Source: a virus
DNA: 64,000 nt
Direction: 5' to 3' (one strand)
IMG/VR virus record: IMGVR_UViG_3300005537_000024
Location: 8,562 to 72,561 of that record
The notes beneath the pieces are model-generated. The model ran no database searches and was not told where the DNA came from. It was given only the letters and a program-made list of their open reading frames with translations. Both the position numbers and the translations under genes were made by a program. Shown piece after piece: positions 26,536 through 36,738 of this stretch. Every line of letters starts with the position of its first letter. The first letter of the stretch is position 1.

Positions 26536-29500
26536 ATGACTCGTGGAAAACGTTGGCTGGCGCTCCTCGGCCTCCTCGGCCTCGCGGCGGTCTCGCTCGC
26601 GCAGGTGCCGAACGGCGGCCCGATGGTTCCGTCCGTCCCGTTCCCGCTCGCGGCGTCGAACGAGCTTGCGGACTGCGCGCCGTCGACCAGCTGCAGGAGC
26701 AACATCGGCCTCGATCCCTCGGTCTCGACCACGGACGGGTGGGGGGCGGCCGGCAACGCGATCTCGGCGACGTTCGTCGCCTGCTACACGAACAACGGCT
26801 CGTTCTGCGGCGGCCAGGCGTTCAACATCGTCAGCTTCCCGACGACCCAGAACGGCTCGCAGTCGACCACCGTGACGGGAACGTTGGGCGGGAGCGTGAT
26901 CACGCTTCAGTCTGGATGGTGCCGGTCGGAGATGGCCGGGTCGCCGATCTACATCCCCGGGGCCGGCCTCGGCGGGGCGCCGCTGTTCACAAAGATCGTC
27001 TCGTGCATCAGCACGCAGCCGTCGGTCGCGGCGTCGATCGAGACGCCTATGTCCGTCGTCCCGAGCGGGACGGTGACGGTCTCTTACGGGGCGCAGGCGC
27101 TCAACGGCGGAACGGGCTGGCAGCAGACGGACGTCGGGAAGGGGATCTACCTCGGCAACTCGGCGGGCGGCCAGCTCGGCGGCACGTTCACGATCACCGC
27201 GGTCACTTCTGGCCTGAATATAACGCTCAGCTCAAACGTTTCGTCGATCAACAACAGCACGGCCTCGAACTTCGTGTGGGGGACCGACGACAGCACCGCG
27301 GTTAGCAACGCCTGCGCCGCAGCCGCGGCGATCCCGTCGCGGCAGCTCCAGGTCCCGCTGAAGCACTTCGTCCCATCGCTCTCGGCGATCTGCTACAACG
27401 TCCGCCTGCGCGGCTCCGGTGCGCTCATGAGCACGGAGTTCGGCCTTCCGGTATCGAGCGGCGCGGGCGCCGGCATCGTGCAGGAGTTCGTCGTCCCGTA
27501 CGACGCGCCGCCGGCGCAGGGGCCGCGCCGCGAGGTGATCGCCGCGCGCGACCTCAACCAGTGCAGGCTCGCCGGCCCCAACCCGATCATCGTCCAGTCG
27601 GGCGACAGCCTCGAGCAGCTCGTGCCGAACGAGCTGTCCGGCCTCGGGACCTACCCGGGATCGTTCAAGGCGGCGTTCCTGCGGCAGAACCAGCGGACGC
27701 TCTGGCCGACCTTCCGCAACGCCGCGGCCGGCGGGGCGCAGTACACCAACTTCGACGGCAACCCGAACCAGGCGACCGGCGACGTCCTCACGTCGACGTC
27801 GACGCCGTGGCTCACGCAGATCGCGGCCGTCAACCCGTGCCTCGTGATCAACGGCATGGGGAACAACGACGGCGCTGGGCTCTCGATCCCGGCCCTCGTC
27901 GACAGCTACGTGAAGATGACGACGCCGGGCGCGGTCTTCGCGACGCCGCCGGACTTCATCTACGTAACGCACCACCCCTACAGCCGCATCAACAATAGCA
28001 ACATCGACGCGTGGGAAGGTGACGAGTACGCCTCCGGCTACATCTGCTCGTTCGCCCACGTCATGGGGCGTCCGTGCATAGACGGCGCGCGCGAGGGCGA
28101 GAAGCACCTATTCGGGATCGACCCCGGCGCGATGCGGATGACCCGCCGGTACGACGTCCCCTACAACACCAACAACATGGCCCTGCCGTACTCGCTCTCC
28201 GGGTCCGTCTACGGCCACTCGGCGCAGTTCTTCAAGAGCGGGCAGAACGGCGCGACGTTCTGGGCGAACTTCACTGGCAACGGCGGCGTGACGGACCCGC
28301 GCGGCAACTTCATCGCGTTCCGGGTCGGCAAGAACTCCGACAACGTCGTGTGGCTGTTCTACAACGGGACGAACATCGGCTACGAGTGCGACCCGTCGGC
28401 GGGCCTTCCCGGCCTCGGCTGCGACGGCCCGAACGGCCAGCCCCCCGTCGTCCCTTCGCTCCTGAGCAACGTCACGGTCGCCAACACGGGCGGCGGGGGC
28501 GTCGCCCAGGTCTCGACCTCGACCGCGGTCTTGCAGCCTTGCACGGTCGGCGGGACGGTCGCGATCCCGGGCGCAGGCGCGGTGCTGACGCCGCCCGGTT
28601 ATACCAGCTACACGGCGCCGCTCGTCACGACGGTCACGGCCTGCAATTCGACCTCCCTCATGACCCTCGCGGTCGCCGCGACGACGACCTACGCGGCGCA
28701 GTCCGGCTTCGTGATGTTCGGGAACCCGGTCACCTACTCCAACGTGACCGACGCCTCGAACTGCACGAACGAGCCCTTCGGCTTCGAGGTCAACTTCGAC
28801 ACGCTCAGGGTCTGGTTCTGCTCGACGAACCAGATCGTCTACGAAGGCCCGGTGATGCGGCCGCGGGGGCTCTACCAGCCGTCGATCTTCACCGGCGGCA
28901 ACCGGCCCTCGTTTACGGTCGGGGTCGACATTAACGGCGGCACGACGTTCCAGACGCTTCGCCCCAACCCGAGCCAGATCACGTTCAACGACGCCGAGGT
29001 TAGCGGCCCCGCGAGCAACGGCCCTCTGTCGAACCAGACCTACTCCGGCCCCGACGGCGGCGACGGCAACAACCACAACACGATGCGGTTCGGGACGCGG
29101 GTCATCGCGCCCCTGTTCGACGCGCAGGACCTTTCGATCGCGCCCGCGTATGTCGGGCCGGCGAACAAGCCGGCGCTCGGCCTCGGAATCCCGCAGGCGC
29201 GGACGATGGCGCTGTTCGGGGATAGCATTTTCCAGGGCAACGACACGATCAACCTCAGCAACTCGTCGTGCTCGTCTGGCAACTGCGCCGCCACCCTCGA
29301 CGGCGGCTACGGGACGTTCGCTAGCGCGTATTCCGGCTACAGGGTGCTGCGGGTCCCGAACACGGGCAACTGCTCGCTAAACGGGTCGACCTCAGCGATC
29401 ATGGTCAACTACGTGAGCTGCGTCCTGGCGCTCAGGCCCGACGTGGTCATGATGGAGATCGGCGGGAACGACGCGGCCGGGAGCACGGCCTGCGCCACGG

Positions 29501-30471
29501 TCACGGCCACCAACCGGCAGATCTACAAGGCGTTCATGCAGGCTGGGATCGCCGTGATCAAGTACGGCGTCTACCCGCGCGGCGGCGGGAGCGCGTTCAC
29601 GACCGCGCAGGCGAACTTGGCCCAGTGCTACAATCTGGAGGACAAGCGGTTCGCCGAGGGGGTCGGGAACAACGGGTTCTACTTCGTCGACCTCGACCCG
29701 CTGTACGTCTCCCCCGGCGGCGGGACGACGTGGACGATCAACACGAACTGCCTCAAGGACCTCTTCCACCCCGGGACCTCCTGCGCCTCGGCGGGCGGGT
29801 ACGCGGGCGCGCAGATCATCAACCAACTTTTCCCGCCCGGCCGCCAGCCGATCTTCACGAACGCGGATGTCTACGACGGGACGAATAACCCGGGCGGCAA
29901 CCTCCTCCCGAACGGGATCTTGACCGGCTCGGGCGGGTCGGCGCCGACTAGCGGGTGCACGGGTTCGACCGTCAACAATTCGAGCCTGACCGGCAACAAC
30001 CTCATCGGAACGACCTGCGCGGGGTCGACGCAGACGCTCGCCGACGGCCGGGGGGCGCAGATCATCACGGTCGGCGGGACGGGCTCCGGCTCGAACGGTT
30101 TCCTGTCCTGGGCCATGAACTCTGCGACCCCGTCGAGCGTCGCGATCGGCGACGTGCTCGAGGCCGAGTGCTGGCTAAACCTCGGCGCCAATAGCAACAT
30201 CGCCGCCGTCGACGTGCAGATGCAGACGATCGAAAGCTCGACCCTTTTCGTTCAGCACGGCGGGTCGGTCTCGACGCTCACGCTGCCGATGCCGTCGGCG
30301 GGCTACGCGACCGGGACGTGGACGCCGTTCCGGACGCCGCGGCGCACGATGACTGCGATCCCCACGGTCGCCGGCATCAACATCGGCTTCAGCTACGTCT
30401 CTCCCCTCGCCACCACGGTTTCCGGCACGCTCGGCATCACGAGCTGCTCGCTCAGAAAGGTCCTGTCGTGA
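26536..30471 (+). CDS. large signal-peptide-bearing spike/fibre-like protein with two SGNH/GDSL esterase domains
   Basis: MTRGKRWLALLGLLGLAAVSLA|Q; GTDDSTAV spike-like motif; GDSL..GNND..DGNNH and GDSI..GGND..DLFHP; 30 Cys. Confidence 0.85.
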   Translation: MTRGKRWLALLGLLGLAAVSLAQVPNGGPMVPSVPFPLAASNELADCAPSTSCRSNIGLDPSVSTTDGWGAAGNAISATFVACYTNNGSFCGGQAFNIVSFPTTQNGSQSTTVTGTLGGSVITLQSGWCRSEMAGSPIYIPGAGLGGAPLFTKIVSCISTQPSVAASIETPMSVVPSGTVTVSYGAQALNGGTGWQQTDVGKGIYLGNSAGGQLGGTFTITAVTSGLNITLSSNVSSINNSTASNFVWGTDDSTAVSNACAAAAAIPSRQLQVPLKHFVPSLSAICYNVRLRGSGALMSTEFGLPVSSGAGAGIVQEFVVPYDAPPAQGPRREVIAARDLNQCRLAGPNPIIVQSGDSLEQLVPNELSGLGTYPGSFKAAFLRQNQRTLWPTFRNAAAGGAQYTNFDGNPNQATGDVLTSTSTPWLTQIAAVNPCLVINGMGNNDGAGLSIPALVDSYVKMTTPGAVFATPPDFIYVTHHPYSRINNSNIDAWEGDEYASGYICSFAHVMGRPCIDGAREGEKHLFGIDPGAMRMTRRYDVPYNTNNMALPYSLSGSVYGHSAQFFKSGQNGATFWANFTGNGGVTDPRGNFIAFRVGKNSDNVVWLFYNGTNIGYECDPSAGLPGLGCDGPNGQPPVVPSLLSNVTVANTGGGGVAQVSTSTAVLQPCTVGGTVAIPGAGAVLTPPGYTSYTAPLVTTVTACNSTSLMTLAVAATTTYAAQSGFVMFGNPVTYSNVTDASNCTNEPFGFEVNFDTLRVWFCSTNQIVYEGPVMRPRGLYQPSIFTGGNRPSFTVGVDINGGTTFQTLRPNPSQITFNDAEVSGPASNGPLSNQTYSGPDGGDGNNHNTMRFGTRVIAPLFDAQDLSIAPAYVGPANKPALGLGIPQARTMALFGDSIFQGNDTINLSNSSCSSGNCAATLDGGYGTFASAYSGYRVLRVPNTGNCSLNGSTSAIMVNYVSCVLALRPDVVMMEIGGNDAAGSTACATVTATNRQIYKAFMQAGIAVIKYGVYPRGGGSAFTTAQANLAQCYNLEDKRFAEGVGNNGFYFVDLDPLYVSPGGGTTWTINTNCLKDLFHPGTSCASAGGYAGAQIINQLFPPGRQPIFTNADVYDGTNNPGGNLLPNGILTGSGGSAPTSGCTGSTVNNSSLTGNNLIGTTCAGSTQTLADGRGAQIITVGGTGSGSNGFLSWAMNSATPSSVAIGDVLEAECWLNLGANSNIAAVDVQMQTIESSTLFVQHGGSVSTLTLPMPSAGYATGTWTPFRTPRRTMTAIPTVAGINIGFSYVSPLATTVSGTLGITSCSLRKVLS

Positions 30472-31025
30472 AGCGACACCTCACCGCCCTCCTCGTCGGG
30501 ACGGCTCTCGCGCTCGCGCCGGCGATCGCCGCGGCGCAGAACATGGGGGCGTCGGGCTACTACGGCGGCCCCCCCGGCGCCGGCCAGCAGCTCGGGGCGC
30601 AGAGCAACGCGCAGGCGGTCGCCGGGAACGTCGGCGAGCCGCTCTCGAACTCGCTCGCCTCCGGCTCGGCGATCACGTACTCGACCGGGACGGCGGCGAA
30701 CATCACGAACATCACGAGCCTGACGCCCGGCCGCTGGGAGGTGTGGGGGACCTGCGCCTTCACGTTCGGCGGGACGACAGTGGTAACGCAGGAGAGCTGC
30801 GGGATCAGCACGACGTCGGCGACGCAGCCCGGCCTCGCGTCGGGGGCGGAGGGGCAGCTGGCCACGGGCGCGGGGTTCACGGGAGGCGCCGACAACACCG
30901 TGTTCAGCGGCGTCACGCCGATCGCCGTCTCCGCGCCGACGGTCGTCTACCTCGTCGGGACGTGCGCGTTCACGACGTCGACGTGCAAGGGCTACGGGCA
31001 GATCCAGGCGGTGCGGAGGCCGTGA
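30468..31025 (+). CDS. signal-peptide-bearing fibre-tip-like beta protein
   Basis: MKRHLTALLVGTALALAPAIAAA|Q; GNVGE...LTPG.W.V.G...VYLV...I.AVR; 4 Cys. Confidence 0.8.
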   Translation: MKRHLTALLVGTALALAPAIAAAQNMGASGYYGGPPGAGQQLGAQSNAQAVAGNVGEPLSNSLASGSAITYSTGTAANITNITSLTPGRWEVWGTCAFTFGGTTVVTQESCGISTTSATQPGLASGAEGQLATGAGFTGGADNTVFSGVTPIAVSAPTVVYLVGTCAFTTSTCKGYGQIQAVRRP

Positions 31026-32353
31026 CCAAGCGGCTCGCCCTCGCGCTCGCCCTCCTCCTCGCCGCGCCCGCAGGCGCGCAGACGATCGGGGACCTCGTCG
31101 CCGTCGGCCCTTCTCAGCTCCAGACGAGCGACGCGGCGTCGGCCTGCGCCGCGCAGGGCTATTGCAACGCCCCGCTCGGGCTCAACTTCACCGGCTCGAT
31201 CACCTACGGGAGCGGGGCTGGTTCTCCGAGCGGCCCCGCGAACGCGCTCATATGGGCCGGCGGGAACGGCGCGTACGTGCCCGCGACCGGCGTCTGCGCG
31301 CTGACGACCGGCCAGCTCTGCGCCTACGTGAGCTTCGCGTTCCTCGACCAGGTCGACGCGTCGGCGAACTTCAACGGCCTCGCCGCCTTCGTGATCCAGG
31401 ACGTCGTGCAGGCGCCGGCCAAGGGGGGGCGCGGCGTCTTCAACACCTACTTCACCTACCAGGGTTCGGCCGATACGAACCAGCAGTACGGCACCGGCTC
31501 CTCGTACGTGAAGGCGATCGCCAACAACGGCGGTACGAGCCTGGCCGCGGCCGGTGCTCTGTTCGGCGGCAACCCGTTCGTCGACTTTCAGCCGGGCGCG
31601 ACGTTCTGGGCGCAGGGGATCGGCATCGAGACGGACATGCGCATCATGAACGGCGCGCAGGTCCGTGAGATGATCTTCCACCAATACGTGCACGAGTTCA
31701 ACTACACGCAGCCCCCGCAGTTCGCGGTCGGGCTTTCGGTCAACGCGCAGACGGCCTGGAAGGGGACCGGCTTCATAAGCGGGACGACGTTCGACGCGGT
31801 CACGTCGACCTTCGGGCAGCTGCTCGTCGGGCACACCCTCCAGGGGACGGGGATCGCGCCCGGCACGGTCATAACGGCCTACCAGGGCGGCTCGGGGGGG
31901 ACCGGGACCTACACGGTCAACATCAACCAGAACGTCGGGAACATCAATTCGACGGTCGCGACGTGGGGCAACCCGGTCGGCCTCGACGCGATGCTGCAAG
32001 ACGGCTCGTTCGCCGGCGTCTCCGAGATCAGCGCGACCGGCGGCGTCTTCCGCTGCTTCAACACGCTGAACTCGAACCCGAGCGGCGGGGCCGGCGGCTG
32101 CGGGACGATCGGCTACGGCCTCGACTTCGGCAACTACATCGCCGTGACCGGCAACCTCCTAAACGGCCCGCAGGGCAACGGGCGGATCGACGGGAACTTC
32201 AACGTCGTCGCCGCCACGCTGACCCTGAACAGCTCCGCCTCGTTCACGGCCACGAAGACGAACTGCGGCAACCTCGCGAGCTCGACGGGATGCCTGATCC
32301 TGAAGGACAACAACGGCAATTCGGTCTACGCGCCGCTCTACGGCACCCTCTGA
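31022..32353 (+). CDS. signal-peptide-bearing fibre/spike-like protein
   Basis: MTKRLALALALLLAAPAGA|Q; Gly/Thr/Asn-rich beta content; 8 Cys in adjacent pairs; GGTGTY module. Confidence 0.8.
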   Translation: MTKRLALALALLLAAPAGAQTIGDLVAVGPSQLQTSDAASACAAQGYCNAPLGLNFTGSITYGSGAGSPSGPANALIWAGGNGAYVPATGVCALTTGQLCAYVSFAFLDQVDASANFNGLAAFVIQDVVQAPAKGGRGVFNTYFTYQGSADTNQQYGTGSSYVKAIANNGGTSLAAAGALFGGNPFVDFQPGATFWAQGIGIETDMRIMNGAQVREMIFHQYVHEFNYTQPPQFAVGLSVNAQTAWKGTGFISGTTFDAVTSTFGQLLVGHTLQGTGIAPGTVITAYQGGSGGTGTYTVNINQNVGNINSTVATWGNPVGLDAMLQDGSFAGVSEISATGGVFRCFNTLNSNPSGGAGGCGTIGYGLDFGNYIAVTGNLLNGPQGNGRIDGNFNVVAATLTLNSSASFTATKTNCGNLASSTGCLILKDNNGNSVYAPLYGTL

Positions 32354-32365
32354 ACGGAGACCCTC

Positions 32366-32821
32366 GTGAAACGACTCCTGCTCGCCGCCTTTATCCTCGC
32401 CCTCGCGTCCAACCCCGCGGCCGCGGCGGAGACGCCTCCCCCTCCCGCGCTGCACGTCGTCGACATGGCCGCCGTCCTCCGCGGCATCGACGGCAAGCCG
32501 ATCAAGGACGCGTTCCAGCAGACGGCGGCGGATCAGGCGTGCGAGAAGTGCGACGACCTAACCCTCGCCGCGGCCGTGACGCGCGTCCTCCTCATTCGCA
32601 CGAAGGACGACGCGAACATGGACCCGCTCCAGAGCTGGGCGCTCCAGGACCTCGCCCGCCGGGTCAACGCGCCCGGGCCGGTCACGCTCAACGCGCGGGA
32701 ACGCGCGGTGATCGTCGAGCGCCTGCTCAAGGTGTACGGGGGGCTCAACATGCAGTCGATCGTGCTCGGCGCTGCGATCCCGCTGGTCGACCCCGAGCGC
32801 CGCGTCCCGGAGCTCAAATGA
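32366..32821 (+). CDS. signal-peptide-bearing protein, possible fibre chaperone
   Basis: MKRLLLAAFILALASNPAAA|A; L..IDGKPIKD...LTL...LA.R...L...E...I pattern of small proteins found after phage fibres. Confidence 0.7.
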   Translation: MKRLLLAAFILALASNPAAAAETPPPPALHVVDMAAVLRGIDGKPIKDAFQQTAADQACEKCDDLTLAAAVTRVLLIRTKDDANMDPLQSWALQDLARRVNAPGPVTLNARERAVIVERLLKVYGGLNMQSIVLGAAIPLVDPERRVPELK

Positions 32822-33027
32822 CCGACGCGCAGAAGCGGTGGCTCGACGCGCACCCGTCCTACCGGCCCACGCACCCCGTCTGCGGGCACTTCAAGTTCGT
32901 CGGGCTCGGCTGGCTGCACGAGAACGGCCGGTTCGACCGCTCGGCCTCGGCGCCGGGGGCGTTCAAGGTCGGCAAGCTCACCGAGACGGTCACGCCGCCG
33001 TCGGACGAATTCGTTCCCCTGCGCTGA
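32818..33027 (+). CDS. hypothetical protein
   Basis: ATGA-coupled 69-aa ORF. Confidence 0.45.
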   Translation: MTDAQKRWLDAHPSYRPTHPVCGHFKFVGLGWLHENGRFDRSASAPGAFKVGKLTETVTPPSDEFVPLR

Positions 33028-33046
33028 TTCGTGTTACATCGGGCGC

Positions 33047-35659
33047 ATGCCCCTCTCGCTCGACCCCAACTCGGGAATCCCGGCGGGCCTGCGCAAGCGG
33101 GCCTTCGACGACGTGTCGGGCGTCAAGGGCCACGCGGCGGGCGTCCTCTACGTCGCCCCGGACGGCGACGTGCTCCTTTGCCGGCGGTCGCCGGGCGAGG
33201 AAAACTACGGGGGGTGGTGGAGCCTCCCGGGCGGCGGCGCAGAGGACGGCGAGACGCCGGAGGAGGCGGCCAAGCGCGAGGTGGGCGAGGAGCTCGGGCG
33301 GCACGGGGTATTTGGCCTGCGGCTCCTCGACCGGCGGGTGACCCCGACCGGCAAGGCTTTCCACACTTTCGTGAAGACCACCGAGGAGAAGTTCCAGCCG
33401 ACGCTCAACGGCGAGCACGTCGGTTACGCGTGGTTCCCGCTCGACGGGCTCCCGGAGAAGACCCACCCCGCGGTGCGGCGGACGCTCGACGAGCGGCTCG
33501 GCATCGGGGCGGCCGACATGACGCCGGAGGACTGGAACGGGCTGCGCGAGGGGTTCCTGAAGTGGACGGCCGAGGAGGAGGCGGAGGGCGAGCACGCGCT
33601 CGACGACGCCGACCCGCTCGACTGGGGCGCGGACCTCGACGACCTGCCGGTCGACAGCTCGCACGACGGGCCGTGGATGAGCGTCATGGCGCGCGACGGC
33701 TCGCGCATGTACCGGAACAAGAACCTCCCGGGCTCGGCGGAGATCGCCGGGAAGACGGTCGACGTGGACGACATGCTCAAGGCGCACGAGGCGCCGGAGT
33801 GGGTCGAGATCAAGGCGCTCCTCGCCGCGTTCGAGAAGGAGCACGGCCGCGAGCCTGACGAGAAGGAGCGGGTCGCCCTCTACAACGAGGCCCACCGCAA
33901 GAAGGGCGTCCCGGGCGAGCGCGCCCACGCGAAGGCGCAGGGCGTCGACTGGGGCGCCTGGAACGCCTGGTGCCGCGGCGAGGAAGAGAAGCTCGAGAAG
34001 GGGCCGTTCACGAACGAGCCGACGGACGCCGACGTGCGCCCGATCCCGCACGACCACGGCGAGCTCGAGGTGACGACCGATTCGGCCCTCGTGATCGCGC
34101 TCGACCGCGAGTCGGTCCGGCAGCTCGACCAGGACGGCCGGCTCCGGGTCGCGATCACGGCGATCTCGAAGGCCAACATCTGCCCCTACCGCGGCGGGGA
34201 GATCCCGCGGTGGCGGGATCTCGGCCTCGACCAGAACAAGATCTACAACCTGCTGCGGGACCCGGACGAGCTCGCGAAGGCGGCGCCGACGTTCAACGGC
34301 ATACAGTTGCTGAGGATTCACAAGCCGGTCAACGCGACGGCGCCGCAGGTCGAGGAGGTCGTCGGGACGACCGGGACGGAGGCGGAGTTCGTCTACCCGT
34401 ACCTGCGCAACAGCCTCGTCGTGTGGACGCAGGAGGGGATCGACTTCATCGAGTCGGAGGAGAAGAAGGAGCTGAGCTCCGGCTATCACTACGACGCGGA
34501 CATGACACCGGGAACTTTCGATGGTAAGCAGTACGACGGCGTCATGAGGAACCTGCGCGGCAACCACGTCGCGCTCGTCGAGCAGGGAAGGGCGGGACCC
34601 GACGTGGTCGTCGCCGATAGCATGGAGGGCCTGATGGCCAACGCGAAGCCGACTCGTCTCGCCGCCGCCGCCCTGAGGCTGACCGCGCGGGGGATCAACC
34701 CGCTGCTCGCGCACGACGCAAAAGTCGAGCTGATGCCGTTTTTCGCGGACCTCAACACGAAGAACTTCAAGGAGCGCAAGCCGAAGGTCCTCGACGGCCT
34801 CAAGGCGGCGCTCAAGGGGAAGACGATCGCGAAGGACGCCGACATCTCCCACGTCGCGCTCGCGCTCGACGAGGTCGAGAAGGTCGGGGAGAAGGACAAG
34901 GCGGCCGACGAATCAGTCTCCGAGCCGCAGCACAAGGCGATGGAGGCGGCGGCCCACGGGCACTCGAACCTCGGCATCCCCAAGTCGGTGGGCGAGGAGT
35001 TCTCCGACGCCGACAAGGGCAAGAAGTTCGACGAGCTCCCGGCGTTCCTGAAAGAGAAGGGGATGTCGGAGGACGACGTCGAGCACGTCATGGGGATGTT
35101 TCCGCAGGCGGACAAGTCGGCGGCCGGCGACGTGCACCACCACCACCACTACGGCCACGACGAGTCGGAGACCGACGAGGAGAAGAAGGCCCGCGAGAAG
35201 AAGGCCGAGGACTCGGCCATGATCGAGGGCGGCTCCCACATGCACCACCACCACGCGGCCGACTCCAAGGGAGCAAAGGACAAGGCGATGGTCACGAAGG
35301 ACGAGATGGACGCGACCCTCAAGGCCGCGCTCGCGGCGAACGCCAAGGAGATCCGCGCGGCGGAGAAGGACATCCGGATCGCGATGGACGAGGTCCGCCC
35401 GTACGTCGGCGACCTGCCGGCGACGCTCGGGCTCGATAGCGGCTCGGCCGTGCGGCGCCACGCGCTGAAGGTCCTTCAGGTCGAGGGGGCGGACGCGATC
35501 CACGAGTCGGCGCTCTCGACGATCCTCAAGATGCAGCCGAAGGCCGGCGCGCGGGAGCCCGACCCCGACCGCCGCCGGACGTCGCTCGGCATGGACGCCG
35601 CGACGGTCAAGGGCTTCAACGAGCGGTTCCCCGACGCGGACCGGATCAAGCTGGCCTGA
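33047..35659 (+). CDS. Nudix + metallopeptidase-like + DUF2213 prohead protease/scaffold polyprotein
   Basis: Nudix box GGGAEDGETPEEAAKREVGEELG; HEAPE...YNEAH; ISKAN.CPY.G.EIP, KKELSSGY.Y, NHVALVEQGRAGPDV; acidic scaffold tail. Confidence 0.9.
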   Translation: MPLSLDPNSGIPAGLRKRAFDDVSGVKGHAAGVLYVAPDGDVLLCRRSPGEENYGGWWSLPGGGAEDGETPEEAAKREVGEELGRHGVFGLRLLDRRVTPTGKAFHTFVKTTEEKFQPTLNGEHVGYAWFPLDGLPEKTHPAVRRTLDERLGIGAADMTPEDWNGLREGFLKWTAEEEAEGEHALDDADPLDWGADLDDLPVDSSHDGPWMSVMARDGSRMYRNKNLPGSAEIAGKTVDVDDMLKAHEAPEWVEIKALLAAFEKEHGREPDEKERVALYNEAHRKKGVPGERAHAKAQGVDWGAWNAWCRGEEEKLEKGPFTNEPTDADVRPIPHDHGELEVTTDSALVIALDRESVRQLDQDGRLRVAITAISKANICPYRGGEIPRWRDLGLDQNKIYNLLRDPDELAKAAPTFNGIQLLRIHKPVNATAPQVEEVVGTTGTEAEFVYPYLRNSLVVWTQEGIDFIESEEKKELSSGYHYDADMTPGTFDGKQYDGVMRNLRGNHVALVEQGRAGPDVVVADSMEGLMANAKPTRLAAAALRLTARGINPLLAHDAKVELMPFFADLNTKNFKERKPKVLDGLKAALKGKTIAKDADISHVALALDEVEKVGEKDKAADESVSEPQHKAMEAAAHGHSNLGIPKSVGEEFSDADKGKKFDELPAFLKEKGMSEDDVEHVMGMFPQADKSAAGDVHHHHHYGHDESETDEEKKAREKKAEDSAMIEGGSHMHHHHAADSKGAKDKAMVTKDEMDATLKAALAANAKEIRAAEKDIRIAMDEVRPYVGDLPATLGLDSGSAVRRHALKVLQVEGADAIHESALSTILKMQPKAGAREPDPDRRRTSLGMDAATVKGFNERFPDADRIKLA

Positions 35660-35704
35660 CGCTCGTTCACTGAACGAGGTTAACCCCCTCACGGAGAAGC
35701 GAAG

Positions 35705-36688
35705 ATGCCCAGCGGATTCCAGACCCAGGTCTACAACCAGCCGGCCATCGGTATCCCGGGCGACTTCGCCTCGGCGAACCCGTACTTCACGTACGACGCG
35801 GGCCCAGGAGGGCTGGTCGCCGGCCCCGGCGGCGTGACGACCGGCCGGTTCGCGTGGGTCTACCCGCCGCTCGACCCCGACAACGCGCCGACGGTCGTCC
35901 AGAGCTTCGGCTTCGGGCCGGTCGCCGGCTTCGTCAAGCATTCGCTGCAGGCGCTCAACTCTACGTTCCTCTCGGACGCCGGGCAGACGATCCTCCAGGG
36001 CCTCCCGGTTACGCTCCTAACCGGCGGCGACTTCATCGTCACGAACGCCGGCTCGGCGCAGGCGCTCGTCGGCCAGAAGGCTTTCGCGAACCTCCTAACC
36101 GGCGCCGTCCAGTTCGCAGCGGCGGGGTCGAACCCCGGCGGGGCGACGGACAGCGGCGGCGCGGTCGTCAACACGACGCTCACGCTCGTCGGCGGCGTGC
36201 AGGGCAACATCCTCACGGTCGCGTCGGTCAGCGCCGGCACGATCTACCCGGGCGCGGTCCTCAACAGCAACGCGGTCGGCCAGGTCCAGCCGTACGGGAC
36301 GATCAACCCCGCCACCGGCCTCGCGACGACCGGGACCGGGGGCGCCGGGACGTACGCGCTAAGCACCGGCGAGCAGAACGTCGCGGCCGGCACGACGATC
36401 GGCGGCAACTACGGGGTCTACACGGTCGGAACGGCCACGGGCACGTTCGCCGTCGGCATGTACCTCTCGGGCGGCACGACGCTCCCGACGGGCGCCGCGT
36501 CGCCGGTCCTCACGTTCCTGATCTCGGGCACGGGCGGCAACGGCAGCACGTTCGCGACGAACTCGGGGACCGCGGCGCAGACCTCGCACGCGCTGACCGG
36601 GAACGTGGCGATCGAGACCAAGTGGTACGCGATGAACCAGGCTCTCACGAACGAGCCCGTGAAGATCACGGACCACCCGACCGGCTGA
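35705..36688 (+). CDS. head decoration/cement protein with inserted beta module
   Basis: GFQ.QV..QPA.G.PGDFAS.NP, LVAG..GVT.GRFAW, GDF, ETKW; directly upstream of the capsid gene. Confidence 0.85.
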   Translation: MPSGFQTQVYNQPAIGIPGDFASANPYFTYDAGPGGLVAGPGGVTTGRFAWVYPPLDPDNAPTVVQSFGFGPVAGFVKHSLQALNSTFLSDAGQTILQGLPVTLLTGGDFIVTNAGSAQALVGQKAFANLLTGAVQFAAAGSNPGGATDSGGAVVNTTLTLVGGVQGNILTVASVSAGTIYPGAVLNSNAVGQVQPYGTINPATGLATTGTGGAGTYALSTGEQNVAAGTTIGGNYGVYTVGTATGTFAVGMYLSGGTTLPTGAASPVLTFLISGTGGNGSTFATNSGTAAQTSHALTGNVAIETKWYAMNQALTNEPVKITDHPTG

Positions 36689-36738
36689 CCGTAAGCGGCA
36701 GAGGCTCACTCAGGGGAACCACGCAGGAGCGACCGACG

